Source: Eledone cirrhosa
Lineage: Eukaryota
Direction: 5' to 3'
DNA length: 64,000 nt
Assembly (NCBI GenBank): GCA_964016885.1
Contig: CAXHJY010000557.1
Coordinates: forward strand, 1 to 64,000
Shown here: positions 45,331-59,839 of the stretch, piece after piece
Layout of the letters: every line of letters begins with the position of its first letter
Numbering within the stretch: the stretch's first letter is position 1
Notes under the pieces: model-generated
Databases searched by the model: none
What the model was told of the DNA's origin: nothing
Seen by the model: only the letters and a program-made list of their open reading frames with translations
Translations under genes and position numbers: made by a program

Positions 45331-46028
45331 TTGGTGGTATATATGTGTGGTTACCATATACAGTACCGTAGGGACACCATGTTTTCCACACACTAATTAC
45401 ACTTATACACATCACTTGTGTGTGCACGATTGAGTATGCCACCTGTATGAGGCCTAGTGTTAAGACCGTTTTGGTGTTGAATTAAAATACTTCACAGCAG
45501 TTATCCAAACTCCCCTTCATATACTGGTTTTATCACTCTTGACATTTTCATTGACCTTCATCTCTCAAAGTTTGGCAGCTGTACTGTTGTGGAACCATAT
45601 GTGATGTAATGCAATATTTCTTACAGCTGTCTGGACCATTCCTTAACAAGGGACATGGCAACTTACAAGCACATGCCACTGCTATTCGCCTGCACCACCT
45701 AAGAAACATCTCTACTTGAGTGTATGCTTGAATGTGTACAAATATGTACATATATAAGGTTGACTGAGCTAACATGTGTTTGCATGTATGCACACACACG
45801 CACATGCCTAACAGATCAGCTTCTGTCATTCCCTATGGTCAGCTAGCACATGTGCACACACAATTTCCCTCATAGACAACAATAGATAAACAATATCTCT
45901 GCAACCACAGTCATTGTCTGATGATGTGCATCATGTTCTTCATAGTCTCCATACCTTCACAGTCTCCATACCTTCACAGCTTTGTACAAACACACTCATC
46001 TATTCCTACCTTCTTGATGTTGGTTTAA

Positions 46029-46247
46029 CCCTTTAGCATTTACATTACTCTACATTTACTATTATATTTCCATGGTAAAAGCTTTATCTTACCTAATTAT
46101 CTCGCATAATATCGAATCTGAGATTTTGCTATTATCTATTTTGAGAACATTACTTTAACATTAGTATGAGCGGCCGGTTACAGCTGGTTTTAAAAGAAAG
46201 AGGTGAGCGAATTCTGACTGGATACGGCCGTTTTAAATGCTAAAGGG
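46029..46247. mobile_element. TTAA-flanked MITE (piggyBac-like termini)
   Basis: TTAA|CCCTTTAGCATTTA ... TAAATGCTAAAGGG|TTAA. Confidence 0.85.
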
Positions 46248-48025
46248 TTAAGTATAAATATTAAATAAAGAAGATCTATATTTTCTGGAGAAAAATATAG
46301 AGAAAAGATAGCCATATGGAAGACTTTATCATAATACGTCTACTCACTGAAAGTTGTTAACCTGGGGCTTAAACATCAAGAAGTAGACGATCACAGATAA
46401 ATGATTTGCCATTTTACTGCTATTAATAAATTCATATTTGAATATTGGCAAGTTTAGTTTTACTCTAGTTCAAATACTTGACATATCTGTGGATGCAAAA
46501 CCTTGGACACATACATCATCAGTGTTGTATTCTGAAGTCACTAGATGTTTTATGTCTTACAACATTCACTCTAATCCAAGTGACCAAACTCAGGTTGATT
46601 TAGCTAGAAATAAATAAATGCTAGAACAATGTTACTTCCCACACAGATTGGTATAGATTATTTGATACAACACATAGGAAGGTTTAGCTTTATGTAGCAC
46701 ATAGGGTATCTAAGAAGAGCTGGACATCAGAAGGGCTTCAGGAAAGTGTTTCTGCTGTTATTCAGGTCATGACTCCTGGGTGCCGTTTTACTGACGTCTT
46801 TTAACCCTCTGGATATTAGAAACGTGCATGGAAATCACTTTTAGCTTTTATACTACACACAGTGAAGTTTAGTTTTATATAACACATAGACAAGTTTGAT
46901 TTTAGTCTAGAAATATACACTAGAATAATGTTACTTCACTCACAGATGGATATAGATTATTTTATACAACACATTTTGGCTAAATTTCAAATATTTTTCT
47001 GTTTCTTCAGGATATATATTGATTTGCAACATTACCGTTCTGTTATCTCTCACACTCTCTATCTATCTATCTAACTAGCAATCTCTTTCATATATGTATA
47101 TATGTGTGTGTGTATATATGTGTGTATGTGTATGTATATATATGTGTGTGTGTGTATACATATATATATGTGTGTGTGTGTATGTATGTGTGTGTATATA
47201 TGTTTGTGTGTATGTGTATGTGTATGTGTGTGCGTGTGCCTGTGTATTTGAAAATATGTTTGCATTTTTTGGAAGCTGCCACACTGCAGATAACTAAATA
47301 AATTGGGCAAAGTACTTGTGAAGAGAGGAAACATTAGACAGAAACACTGCAGGAATTGAACCATACATTCCTTGTTGTAGCATTTTGATTGAGGGTGTGT
47401 GGATATTTTTCTTTTTTCTTTCTGACTCATTTTTTATTGATTTGTTTCTTTTGTAAATCATTCATAATGAAATATTTTTATGAGGCATGAAAAATAAACA
47501 AGAACCACTGAAGAATCATTCTCTACCGTCTTAGGAATGGACATGCTGTTGGGTAATGTGCTTTTGAATATTCTACTTACAGGGAAAATATGGTTGATCA
47601 CGGCTGCAATGCCTTTGATCTTAGTTAGGTCTACTAGATCAGAGCTGACCTGGATCTACAACAATTACTAGTATTTACACTACCTTACCTTATCATTCTT
47701 TAGCTTCAGGAGGTGATGTGTTTTGTAATGCCTTGTGTGTGTTGGTGGTAATTACACATCTAAATTCACACCAGACATAAACATAAACAGCTTTATGGAC
47801 ACATGCACACACATATGTGTGTGTGTGTGTGTGTGCTTTTTGTCCCCCGATTTTTTCCCATTTCCTCTTTTCACTCTCTATTTCTTTTATTTTTCATTGT
47901 ATCTTCTAATGGAGGACTAGCATCCAAAACATTAAAGCTCTTTTTCTATTATATCAAGCACTAAATTAAAATATTTCTTCATTTTACAGTATTGTTTGCT
48001 TTGTTGTTTTCCAAGTACTTTTTGC

Positions 48026-48060
<35 letters not shown>

Positions 48061-48322
48061 CACATAAATACATTAAATGCACCTAGTACCCTCTTCTGTA
48101 AATTGAGAGTGATGGTGTCATGATAAAATGTACTCAGTACACTCTGCAAAATGGTTGGCATTAGGAAAGGCATCCAGCTGTAGAAACCATTCCAAATATT
48201 AACCTTATGTGCAAGACGTGGTCTCACATTTTGACAAGCCATTCTCTCATGCCACCTTAGAGAGCAGTTGTGAAATAATGAATGTTGATATTTCAAGGAT
48301 TCAATTGACTGACTATTTTTAA

Positions 48323-48543
48323 CCCTTCAGTATTTACATTACTCTATATGTACTATTGTATTTTCACAGTAAAAGCTTTATCTCACATAAATATCTCACA
48401 TAGTATCGAATCTATGAGATTTTGATATTATTTATTTTTAGAACAATACCTTAATATCAGTATGGATGGCCAGTTACGGCCGGTTTGAACAGAAAGAGGT
48501 GAGAGAATTCTGGCTGGATACGACCAGTTTAAATGCTAAAGGG
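48323..48543. mobile_element. TTAA-flanked MITE, same family as 46029-46247
   Basis: TTAA|CCCTTCAGTATTTA ... TAAATGCTAAAGGG|TTAA, with a homologous interior. Confidence 0.85.
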
Positions 48544-50120
48544 TTAACATCTCTGAGGAAAACGTACATTTCTTATTAACCTGTTCTGAATGCTGTCTCT
48601 TTGTACCAACTGGGGAAAATATTCTGAGGGAGTAACTTCTATTATGATTCATTTCTACAGTGACAAACTGGAGATTTCTGCTGTCCTTGGCCCTAGGGCC
48701 ACCTCCCTACTCACCACCATTGACAGAAAGTTGGCTACCCGTAGGTGTGAGCCTCATGAGCTGGAATGGCTCTTCCTTCATCCTCTTCCAGGGTAACCCC
48801 TTCTCTATTCTGTCCGCCGGGGCTGTGGGGCAGCCAGCACATGGGCCCCCATTTGCTCATAACGGGGAGAATGGGAGAGACAGAGGCAGTGACATTAGGA
48901 GTTTGGTTCCTTTGTGTTTGGACCTGGTGTATATGTATATGTTTCACAGACACACACTGATATTTGAGGCAGTGTAGTTATTTATTTTTTAGTATACTGC
49001 TGTGGTAGAATCACAGGAATATCTGTAAAGAATTTAATTTGATCATTTTTATTCCAACCCCAACATGCAGCAGTTGATTTTAAATTTGTCTTTTTCATTT
49101 TATTCTTTTCACTTCGAAGTCTTTGTTTCACTGTAATGTTTTATAAGGACAATCTGATAACATCAATTCATAAAACAAAAACTCAAGAAAACTTCCTTCA
49201 TTAAAGCTGCATTTTTATAGGTTTTCAAATCTCTGTTCAATACACACACACATATATGTATATTCATAAACGTATATAACCCATACAAGCGTGAAACAAT
49301 GGATGTAAAATCATCTATCTCTCTCTCTTACACACACATACACGCACACACATGCACACACACATACAGCACAAGCACACACAACACAGGCACACACAAC
49401 ACATGCACACACACAATGTTCTTCATTATCTAGTTGATGAGAATATGTGTATGTTATGATTACTAATGGAATTTCAAGTACTAAATTCCAGGATGCTACA
49501 TATTAACTCAAAATATATTCATTTTAACTTATTCAATTTACCTTTTATGCAAAGAACTTTTTAAAAAAGAAGAAAAAGAAAGAAAGAAACAAATAAAGTG
49601 GGTGGGGGTTAAACCAACTAACATTTTCAGTACACCCAATTATAGAAAAAATAATATTACAATGTCACATTCGATAAACTCGTTGTTTTGTTAATATTGA
49701 ATTTCATCGTTATGAAAAATGTGAGAGGCTTAAAGGAAATTGCTCTGATTCGTTACTGTTGTTCCTGTAATTAAAGTTGATAGGTTGTGATATATGCTTA
49801 CTCATTTTTTCTTTAATGAATTTAAATATAACAGGTTTTGAAATAATAGCACCCCCTCCCATTTTTTTTTTCAAACACTTCTGTATTTCGTTATTGAATT
49901 TCCAAATATTTGAATTGCAAATTTTTAAATGATTATCACAAAATAGCAACAATTTGAACTGCAGTGTATTTTTTTCCAGATAAAGTATTTATCTTAAACC
50001 GGATTCTTTTATGTATGCATGTTGGATGTGTGTGTGGATGTAGCATAGCCGAATGGTTATGGAGTTCACATCGGAATCATTAGGTCCTGGATTCAATCCC
50101 ACATCACGATGCCATTTGTA

Positions 50121-50368
50121 CAATGGGCTTCAAAGAGTTTGTGGAAAAAGGACAGTTGAAAAAAACGGTTTAAGTTATGATGTTTATTTTTCACCATATG
50201 CTAGGTCAATACACTTCTGCAAGTGTGGATACTAGCTGCATTGCAACATGCATGTTAGTACATATTATGACACATTAGTACGAGAATGTACAGGTGCATT
50301 GAGATCAAAATCCCTGCATATGATTTTTAGCTATGTACTTTTTCCACAAACCTTTTGAAGCCCCCTTG
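50121..50368. mobile_element. Mariner-type MITE
   Basis: TA|CAATGGGCTTCAAAGAGTTTGTGGAAAAA ... TTTTTCCACAAACCTTTTGAAGCCCCCTTG|TA. Confidence 0.8.
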
Positions 50369-50692
50369 TATATATAATCATCACTATGTAACGTCCATTT
50401 TCCACACTAGCATGGGTTAGACAAGTTATCCCATTGTGAAACAAGGCAGATCAGGTGATCGTGTCTTGCTTATGCAGAACTATTTCTGACTTGGTTTCTA
50501 CGGTTAGATGCTCTTTGTAACACCAACAATATTTCTAGTGTGGTTTGTCTAGTAGCAAAGATACCATAAATCGAGTTAAGAAACTTATTTCAGATATTTT
50601 TTACTAAATCATTACAGGATGTTTAGAGTTAAGCTGATCCTTAAATATCTTCAATTATATCTCTAGAACTCTGAAAACACTTTGAAATTAAT

Positions 50693-50878
50693 TGTTTCTA
50701 CTTTAGGCACAAGGCCAGCAAATACCCAGTGCATTACTGGTACTTTATTTTATCGACCCCCGTAAGGATGAAAGGCAAAGTCAACCTCGGCGGGATTTGA
50801 ACTCAGATCGTAAAGGGACGTAACTATGCTGGAAAGCATGGCGTCCGACCCTCTACCGATACTGCCAATCCACCGCCC
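50693..50878 (-). mobile_element. SINE with target-site duplication
   Basis: Full copy of the 61453 family; TTGAAATTAAT at 50682 and 50879. Confidence 0.88.
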
Positions 50879-50979
50879 TTGAAATTAATGCTTTCTGCTC
50901 CTGCTAACGTTTTTAGTCTGACTGACATAAGCTCACACACACACACCCATATTCCTGTTTTGGAAAAGGTGGTGTTTTC

Positions 50980-52440
50980 CTATCTCTGCCACCTTCTTCT
51001 CCCCACCACCTGATCTCCCTGTCACCCTCTTTTCTCCCCTCTCCTCTCCCTGTCACCCTCTTTTCTCCCCCCTCCTCTCCCTGTCACCCCCTTTTCTCCC
51101 CTCTCCTCTCCCTGTCACCCTCTTTTCTCCCCTCTCCTCTCCCTGTCACCCTCTTTTCTCCCCCTCCTCTCCCTTCCACCCTCTTTTCTCCCCCTCTTCT
51201 CCCCACCATCTTTCTCTGCCACCCTCTTCTCCCTCTTCTCCCTTTTCTCCCTCTTCTCTTTCTGCCACACCACCTCTCTGTGCCACCGCTTCTCCCCACA
51301 CCACCTCTATGTGCCACCTCTTCTCCCCCCACCACCTCTATGTGCCACCTCTTCTCCCCCCCACCTCTCTGTGCCACCTCTTCTCCCCCCACCTCTCTGT
51401 GCCACCCTCTTCTCCCCCCCACCTCTCTGTGCCACCTCTTCTCCCCCCCACCTCTCTGTGCCACCCTCTTCCCCCCCTCTCTGTGCCACCTCTTCTCCCC
51501 CCCACCTCTCTGTGCCACCTCTTCTCCCCCCACCTCTCTGTGCCACCTCTTCTCCCTCCCCCCCACCTCTCTGTGCCACCTCTCCCCCCCACCTCTCTGT
51601 GCCACCTCTTCTCCCCCACCACCTCTCTGTGCCACCTCTTCTCCCCCCCCCCCACCTCTCTGTGCCACCTCTTCTCCCCCCCACCTCTTCTCCCCCCCCA
51701 CCTCTCTGTGCCACCTCTTCTCCCCCACCACCTCTCTGTGCCACCCTCTTCTCCCCCACCACCTCTCTGTGCCACCCTCTTCTCCCCCACCACCTCTCTC
51801 TGCCACCCTCTTCTCCCCCACCACCTCTCTCTGCCACCCTCTTCTCCCCCACCACCTCTCTCTGCCACCCTCTTCTCCCCCACCACCTCTCTCTGCCACC
51901 CTCTTCTCTTCCCCACTTCCTCTCTCTGCCACCCTCTTCTCTTCCCCACTTCCTCTCTCTGCCACCCTCTTCTCTCTGCCACCCTCTTCTCTTCTCCACC
52001 TCCTTTCTCTGCCTCCATCTTCTCCTCCTCCTCCCCATCTCTCTCTGCCACCCTATTTTCCTCCTCCCCATCTCTCCCTGCCACCCTCTCCCCCTATCTC
52101 TCTCTGCCCCCTCCCCCTATTCTCCCCCCATTCCCCCCAATCTCTCTCTGCCACCCTATCCCATCTCCCCCAATCTCTGCCACCCTATTCTCCTCCCCAT
52201 CTCTCTCTGCCACCCTATTCTCCTCCCCATCTCTCTCTGCCACCCTATTCTCCTCCCCATCTCTCTCTGCCACCCTATTCTCCCCCCATCTCTCTATCCC
52301 ACCCTCTTCTCCTCCCCATCTCTCTATCCCACCCTCTTCTCCTCCCCATCTCTCTATCCCACCCTCTTCTCCTCCCCATCTCTCTATCCCACCCTCTTCT
52401 CCTCCCCATCTCTCTATCCCACCCTCTTCTCTCTCTTTCT
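50980..52440. repeat. Pyrimidine-rich minisatellite (~28-32-bp units, e.g. CTCTCTGTGCCACCTCTTCTCCCCCCAC)
   Basis: Direct reading; the Pro/Ser- and Gly/Glu/Arg-rich ORFs are repeat translations. Confidence 0.93.
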
Positions 52441-53149
52441 CTTTCATTCATATTGTAACAGCTCTGAACATCTCTGAACCCTAAATTCTGGAATTCTTGA
52501 TCAATTTCCATATTATACATATCTCAATTTTATTTTTATTTTCTCCCATTGATTTATCGGCAAAAAAAAACGACTTTTTTCAGTTTTCCATTCATTGCAT
52601 CCTGTCCCAACATTCTCTCTTCCTTGCATCCTGCTACATCATTCTTTTGTCTCCCCGTCTCGCTGGTCCTCACTGTTCTTCCATATAGTGTGTTGTGTTT
52701 TCTCCTCCAACATTATTTATATTTTCTCTTGCTCACCCACTTAAACCCATCCTAGCATTTCATTTATTCAGTTTTTACAATTATTTTGAACATTTTATCT
52801 CTACTTCTTATCGTTTTTTTTTCGCTTTTATATGAAAATATAATTTTTTTTCATTATATCCCTTCCAGCTTCCATAAATATTCAACTTTCAGAGAAAACA
52901 TTGTTATTATTATTATTATAGTTGTTGTTACATTACATCATTTAAAAAACAATTTAACTTTTTAAATCATTAAAAAATAATTTAATGTTTGGAAAATATT
53001 TTCAAGAATCCCCTATATTATATGTATTATTTCTTGCTAAAGAGAATTGTGTGTATGTGTGTATATCACACATGCACTCACACACACACACATGTATATA
53101 TATATACATACATTCAGACACACACACACACACATATATATAAATATTT

Positions 53150-55032
53150 TACATCATCATTTAACCTCTATTTTTCTATGCTTGCATGAGTTAGAGGGGT
53201 TCTCACATTATGAGACAATTCAGGTCAGCATGTCTTGCTCATACAGATCTATCTGTATTTCGGCTTGATTTCTATGGCTGGATACCCTTCTTAATGCCAA
53301 CTACATCACAGTGTGGACCAAGTGGTTTTTGTGGCACCAAAACTACCATCTAACAGGAAGAACTGGGTGCTTTTTTGTTGTCACCAGCACGACCACCTTA
53401 CAGGATGGACTGGGTACTTTTTTTTTCGTGTTAAAGATCACCATACAGGGTGAACAGTGTTGTTTGTTTTTGTATGCATGGTTTGGCAGGAGAGGTGTAT
53501 CAGAGGTGAGGAGTGATGGTTTAGGGGGTACAAGTAAGCAAGTTCAACATGGGTGAAGTGCTGGGGATTGGGGTATTAAGACTGGAGAGGGATAAGGAGC
53601 AGAAGATTGGTACAGACTAGTGTCTTTATGTTTTTTTCATCCTGTGCACATAGGAGGACAGGTCTTCTGCAATACAGCATACCGCTAGAGATCTTGACCC
53701 TTTATCATCTCTTTTGTGAAGTTTAATTGGGCAAGGTCAGCTTTTATCACTTTATCCCAAGCTTTTCTAGGTCTTCCTCTTTCATAGTTTCTGTCAACTT
53801 AGAATGCCTCGCATATTTTTTTTAAACTGTCATCTTCCATATGCATTACATGTCCATACCATTGCAATCTCCTCTCCTGTTCACTGCATTTAATGCCTCT
53901 TATGCTTAATTTCTCTTTCAGTTCATTGACACTTTGTTGTTCATTCACACTTCTAATACACATCCATTGAAGTATGGAAGCTTCATTTCATTTGAATTTT
54001 CATAGGTCCTCTGCACATATTACCCAGGTATCACTTCCATGCAACTTTGCTGTTCGTCCACAAGCATCATAAATCTGAGTAAGGCCGTTTCTCTGAAGAG
54101 ATCTGGGCCCTCTTTTTCTTTCTACTTACTTTCTTGAAATCTCTTAGCCAAATTTAAGGCAGAATTCGATATGTGGGTTAGATCATATAAGAGTTCCCAT
54201 TGGCAGCCAGTCTTAAACTCTTCTGTTATAGTCTGTAGGGTGATAATAAACAGAAGAGGGCTAAGAACATATTCCTCACTATAATCGTTGTCAATTCTAA
54301 GCTTGCTGACTGCTCTTTTGTACATGGTTTGTACTGCCTTCACATACCATTCATCTACTCCTAGTTTTCTAAGAGCCCACCAAATTTGGGAATGGGTGAC
54401 TCTATCAAATAATTTCTCCAAGTAATAAAAGGCTCACAAGGAAGAGGGCATCAATAGTACTTTTACTCTGCACAAATCCGAATTGCATTTCATTTAGATT
54501 AACTCGGTCCCTAATCAGCTGTGCTGTGTCTTTCTGAAATCTTCATGACCTGGTCCATCAACTCCTATGTCTAGTGCATCTCCTTTTCCCTTGTAGCAGT
54601 TAACGATGCTGCTGCTATGCCAGTCATTAGGTATGTCACCATTCTATATTACTTGGTTTATAATATGAGTAGTTAAGGTGTTAGCTACCATTCCAGATGC
54701 TTTCAGCATCCCAGCAACTATCCCCAATGGTCCAGCTGCTTTGCTCATCTTCATTTCCTCAATTGCCTTACTACACTGCTGCCGACTCTCAGTCTGCCAC
54801 AAGTGAACCCAACTATCTTCCTCCCATGCATTCTCCTCATTCAGTAATCTTTCATAATGGCACTCCCATGCTAGTTCCTTTTCAGCATCGGTGAGGGCAA
54901 ATGCGCCATTATCATCTTGGGCACACATCTTCCCAACAATATTGCAATTTACCCTGACACTGCCTCTCAATTCTGAACACTTCATGTCACAAACATGTTT
55001 CATTTTTTTATTTTCTGCATCTCTCCTTGCAA
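53150..55032 (-). pseudogene. Heavily decayed RTE LINE
   Basis: Remnants HYERLLNEENAWEE, IWWALRKLGVDEW, LSPLLFII and EEFKTGCQWELLY, plus the 3'UTR/tail at 53150. Confidence 0.85.
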
Positions 55033-55121
55033 AGAATAAATGTGAAGACTAAAATCCGAAGAGGACTCGATGAGGATTATATATAAATATATATAAAAAC
55101 CCGTAGAGCAAATATTTATTA

Positions 55122-55236
55122 TAAGAACATTAAAGTTTAAGCAAAAAATCGCTGCTTTCACTCTTAACGGGATCTTCAGAAGATCCCGTTAAGGGTGAAA
55201 GCAGCGATTCTTTGCTTAAACTTTAATCTGTTCTTA
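55122..55236. repeat. Short palindrome (~50-bp arms, 1-nt loop at 55178)
   Basis: ...TAACGGGATCTTC A GAAGATCCCGTTA... with two mismatches. Confidence 0.9.
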
Positions 55237-55776
55237 AAATATATATTTATATAAAAATATAAATAAACTATATAAGCATATCAGCATATCATTCTTATGC
55301 ACTTGCTTTGGAGTGTGATTTAAGGGAGATTTGGTTGCCATTTGCAGCAGTTTAAGTGATCACATAGAGGGCTCCTTTGTTCTTTTTTTTGTTTTCTTTT
55401 GTTATACATTTTTGTCTCTTCGAATATATTTTTGTGAAATTTCTTTCATTCAACTCAGATTCTATATTTTTTTACATGATTTGGTAACATCAAAGAAATA
55501 TCAAATCAATCTTTAGTGCACTGAAAGAAATAGAACATTACTTTTTGAGACTGCTGAATATTTTTGAATTTTGGTAATTATAGAATTATTAGTAAAAAGC
55601 TACTAAAGGAATCACGTTGAAATTCCTGAGTTTTTTAGCATTGAAAGCAAAGATATTTCACAGTATAGTTATCAACATTAAGGTACTACAGTGTAGCTAT
55701 CAACATCTTTCAAAGTTACCAAATAGTTTAGCTATCTCAATCTTTGAAAGTACAGATTAACCTAACTATCAACGTC

Positions 55777-57377
55777 TTTCAAAGGTATCAAACAGCTTAT
55801 CTTTCAAAGGTACTACTGTGTTTAGCTTTCGATGGTAGCAAACAGCTTATCTTTCAAAGGTAGCAAACAGCTTATCTTTCAAAGGTACCAAATAGCTTAG
55901 CTTTCAAAGGTATCAAACAGCTTAGCTTTCAAAGGTACCAAACAGCTTGTCTTTCAAAGGTTCAAAACAGCTTAGCTTTCAAAGGTACCAAATAACTTAT
56001 CTTTCAAAGGTACCAAATAGCTTAGCTTTCAAAGGTATCAAACAGCTTAGCTTTCAAAGGTACCAAATAGCTTAGCTTTCAAAGGTATCAAACAGCTTAG
56101 CTTTCAAAGGTACCAAATAACTTATCTTTCAAAGGTACCAAATAGCTTAGCTTTCAAAGGTACCAAATAGCTTAGCTTTCAAAGGTACCAAATAGCTTAG
56201 CTTTCAAAGGTATCAAACAGCTTAGCTTTCAAAGGTATCAAACAGCTTAGCTTTCAAAGGTACCAAATAGCTTAGCTTTCAAAGGTACCAAACAGCTTAG
56301 CTTTCAAAGGTACCAAATAGCTTAGCTTTCAAAGGTATCAAACAGCTTAGCTTTCAAAGGTATCAAACAGCTTAGCTTTCAAAGGTATCAAACAGCTTAG
56401 CTTTCAAAGGTACCAAACAGCTTAGCTTTCAAAGGTACCAAACAGCTTGTCTTTCAAAGGTTCAAAACAGCTTAGCTTTCAAAGGTACCAAATAACTTAG
56501 CTTTCAAAGGTACCAAATAGCTTAGCTTTCAAAGGTACCAAATAGCTTAGCTTTCAAATGTACCAATTAGCTTAGCTTTCAAATGTACCAAACAGCTTAG
56601 CTTTCAAAGGTACCAAATAGCTTAGCTTTCAAAGGTACCAAATAGCTTAGCTTTCAAATGTACCAAATAGCTTAGCTTTCAAAGGTACCAAACAGCTTAG
56701 CTTTCAAATGTACCAAATAGATTAGCTTTCAAAGGTACCAAATAGCTTAGCTTTCAAAGGTACCAAATAGCTTAACTTTCAAATGTACCAAATAGCTTAG
56801 CTTTCAAAGGTATCAAACAGCTTAGCTTTCAAAGGTATCAAACAGCTTAGCTTTCAAAGGTACCAAATAGCTTAGCTTTCAAAGGTACCAAACAGCTTAG
56901 CTTTCAAAGGTACCAAATAGCTTAGCTTTCAAAGGTATCAAACAGCTTAGCTTTCAAAGGTATCAAACAGCTTAGCTTTCAAAGGTACCAAACAGCTTAG
57001 CTTTCAAAGGTACCAAACAGCTTGTCTTTCAAAGGTTCAAAACAGCTTAGCTTTCAAATGTACCAAATAGCTTAGCTTTCAAAGGTACCAAACAGCTTAG
57101 CTTTCAAATGTACCAAATAGCTTAGCTTTCAAAGGTACCAAATAGCTTAGCTTTCAAATGTACCAAATAGCTTAGCTTTCAAAGGTACCAAATAGCTTAG
57201 CTTTCAAATGTACCAAATAGCTTAGCTTTCAAAGGTACCAAATAGCTTAGCTTTCAAATGTACCAAATAGCTTAGCTTTCAAATGTACCAAATAGCTTAG
57301 CTTTCAAAGGTACCAAACAGCTTAGCTTTCAAAGGTACCAAATAGCTTAGCTTTCAAAGGTATCAAACAGCTTAGCT
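55777..57377. repeat. 25-bp minisatellite CTTTCAAAGGTACCAAATAGCTTAG (about 60 copies)
   Basis: Direct tandem repeats with no unique spacers; degenerate longer units on both flanks. Confidence 0.96.
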
Positions 57378-58731
57378 ATGAAATCTTTTAAAGGTACAGA
57401 ACATTATAGTTATCAACATCTTTCAAAAGGTACCTAACAACTTGGCTATCAACATTTTTCTTGCCTTTCCAAACATTGCTTGTGTTATTTCTACTCACAT
57501 ATTTTGAATGGTTCTTCCTAAATTTCTTCATTCATATTGGACCGTTTCCAGCCTGAAACTGTTCTTTCATTTTACTACCCTCATCCCACACACAAACACT
57601 ATTTCTGTATCATACTGCTTTCACTGTATCTACAGAAGAAAGTTGTTTTTATTTTCTTTTGCTTTCTTTCTTCATAAAGAACCTACAAATAGTGATTCCC
57701 CACCGCCATCACCACCACAACCATTATAATAGTATTGACATGCTTACAAAATAAACCATTTCTCAAACTTCCTCATTTTGTTTTTGTTTTACTTTTATAC
57801 TTTCCTTTGTAACCTGGAATATTGCTATTTCCACTTATATATAGCCTAGCCTATCACAGTTGAAATTAAAAAAAACATTGGCAAATGGCATTTCTTCTTT
57901 TGCTTCTTGCATTCACTCTATTATTTCAGGGTTGTTTCAGTGCTAACCTAGTTTTCTGGATGGAGGCAGCTTTTGCCCGTTGTTGATTCAATTATATACT
58001 AAATTAGGTCAGCAAAGAACTTGGATGTAGACTCTGTAATACAGCAGAAAAGCTTGGAATGTCTTTTAATATTTATTTATTTATTTATTTTCTAGTGTAT
58101 ATATTGATTACTATCAGGTTCCATTTCATTGGGCAGTTGGTTAAGAATGGCCAACAAAGACTAGATCACCATATAATATAATATACAGTAAGAGAAAGTA
58201 AATAATTTTAAGACAATATCTTTAAAATAAAGGGGGGGGGGTTGGCTTAAATGATGAAAATGTCCAAACAGGTTAATTGGATGCACATCAAACAACATGT
58301 CTGATTAAAGCAACTAAAGTGAATAATGCAAGAACTGGCTATATGAGAAGTAAGGGACTAATTGAGAAAATAAGTCAAGTGTAGACACAATATGTTCTGG
58401 TATTGACTGTTTGTAATATTCTATTTGCTTATGGTAGCATTAAAAAGGAAAGGAAAGGAGCTGATCATTAGATCAAATCAAGGAAACAATTTTTTCGTTG
58501 GTCTTTCCATTGCTGATATTATTTGCCAGTTACAAATCCTGGCAGGATAGAACACACAGATTAGAATCAGATATCACAAAACCTCTCCTACAACTCTTTA
58601 ACAACTCCACCAATCCATTCTCCCTGAACTGGTACTTTATTTTTAACAACTCTGAAAAGATGAAAGGCAAAATTGACCTCAGAATGTACTAAAGACTCAG
58701 CTAATTTGATATTTGGCATTAAAAAGTTACA

Positions 58732-58779
<48 letters not shown>

Positions 58780-59044
58780 AGGTTTCCTGTTATGTGAAGA
58801 TTTGATGTCATTGTTTGTTTCAAAATACCGAAAAATGACCAGAGAGAATAAAGTCCTTTTTCTTTTATCTTTTTATTGGTCTCAGTGATACGATTGCAAT
58901 CATGCTGGGGCACTCTCTTGATCTAGTTGATCATATTGACCCCCAGTATTTATTTGTTCAAGTCTGGTCTTTATTTTATCAATCAAATTTTGTCAAACCA
59001 CTAAATTACGGGATATAAACAGTGACACACACACAGATACACAT

Positions 59045-59248
<204 letters not shown>

Positions 59249-59839
59249 AAATACAGAAATGTGTGATGTGGCCCTCTGCTCATCTAATAGGTCAGTACCA
59301 TCAACTAAATTGAACAATGTGTCCATCTCTTACTAGCATGGAAAACGGACATTAAATGAAGATACTACATGTATATGATGTGCTTCTATACAGTTTCTGC
59401 TTGTTAAATTCCTCTTACAATAGCATTGGTCAACCCAATGCTGTTGTAGTAGAAGACACTTTCCCAAGGTGCTAAACTGTAAGACTTGAATGTAGAAGTT
59501 TCTTAACCACACAGCCATGTCTGTGCTAAGCATATTTTTTTTTAAACTAAAATTTAATCTCCCCAGCTCTATTTGTTTGACATAAAATTTCAATTTGAAA
59601 ATTGTTGTATTATGTTTATTTTCTTTGTCACATTGAAAAAAACTACTGTTTCAAATCTGTCTATTTTAGTTTAGAAGTATGAAAATAAAGATCTCCCTTG
59701 AGTCTTTCGAGAATGTAGGATATTTTTATGGTGGCGCCCCAGCATGGCCAGTCTAATGACTGAAACTAGTAAAAAAAACAAAAATTCATTTTTTTAAAGT
59801 AAATTATGTATTTATTATAAATAACATGAATACAGTCTT

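Noticed and set aside
51084-52520. Pro/Ser-rich and Gly/Glu/Arg-rich ORFs
   Set aside because: They are open in most frames on both strands because of the CT-rich minisatellite.
55777-57377. CRISPR-like appearance of the 25-bp repeat array
   Set aside because: The repeats are contiguous with no unique spacers, there are no cas genes, and the context is eukaryotic.
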